From contig JBBDXN010000144.1 of assembly GCA_040902305.1 (NCBI GenBank), positions 3,532 through 67,531 on the forward strand: a DNA stretch of 64,000 bases. Reading direction: 5' to 3'. The DNA comes from Candidatus Rokuibacteriota bacterium (lineage in GTDB: Bacteria; Methylomirabilota; Methylomirabilia; Rokubacteriales; CSP1-6). Positions within the stretch are counted from its first letter, which is position 1. The number at the start of each line of letters is the position of its first letter. A program made the position numbers and the translations under genes. The notes beneath the pieces are model-generated. The model was not told where the DNA came from and did no database searches. It saw only the letters and a list, made by a program, of their open reading frames with translations. This document shows positions 63,916 through 64,000 of the stretch, in pieces.

Positions 63916-64000
63916 GGATGACGACGCTACACGCCCCGAACGGACATCAGGATACGGCGGGCGGGCCCCGGAAGCCGGATCGGGATGCCCTACTGGTGGA
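63912..64000 (+). CDS. Start of an unidentified ORF running off the right window edge
   Basis: The ATG overlaps the TetR stop (ATGA). MRMTTLHAPNGHQDTAGGPRKPDRDALLV... has no stop before the window end. It is too short to classify. Confidence 0.3.
   Translation, partial: MRMTTLHAPNGHQDTAGGPRKPDRDALLV

Overview
High-GC bacterial chromosomal segment (third codon positions almost all G/C). It is mostly core genome, and many gene junctions overlap by 1-4 nt (ATGA/GTGA). Blocks in order: mutS2 (partial)-pth-ctc-prs-tRNA-Gln-ispE-LolB-like-TPR on the minus strand. RumA-type methyltransferase, an orphan peptide-type ABC permease pair and an amidohydrolase. A 7-gene minus-strand operon (ABC ATPase, ABC-2 permease, GldG-like, DUF4340-like, HupE-like remnant, VanZ-like, atypical Nramp-fold protein). 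A secreted MBL-fold hydrolase. A MrfA/MrfB-like helicase-exonuclease pair. A LysE exporter. An Fe(3+)-type ABC importer split over both strands. CIRCE-controlled groES-groEL. rpsF-ssb-rpsR-rplI-dnaB. A sigma-54 activator next to a Cys-rich mini-protein and a short isocitrate-lyase-like gene. DedA. Two tandem KimA-like APC permeases. GNAT, AlkA-like glycosylase, DUF971, MFS, PPOX/F420-type, ABC-F, HNH and ComEA-like genes. Two cspA paralogs. ppa. mreBCD-mrdA-rodA-rng. A ceramidase-like protein. CsoR-YHS-DUF2889. TetR. I saw no CRISPR array, transposase, integrase or phage genes, so this is not an obvious accessory island. The ORF track misses four things: the edge-truncated mutS2, rpsR (no ATG/GTG/TTG; probable AUU start), a 48-aa YHS gene and tRNA-Gln. 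The most interesting signals are non-coding or structural. (1) A terminator-ended structured region in a 450-bp gap whose core is almost exactly antisense to the 16S rRNA 3' terminus and doubles as the SD of a 13-codon mini-ORF. (2) Two small repeat families, each with one copy embedded in-frame inside a protein-coding gene (ABC-F, mrfB-like). (3) Two long near-perfect inverted repeats (40-bp and 28-bp arms). (4) Terminator-like hairpins conserved in the leaders of both csp paralogs. (5) A sigma-54 activator with a Rossmann-like N-terminal domain next to a candidate -24/-12 promoter. All functional calls come from reading motifs by eye; no database search was run.
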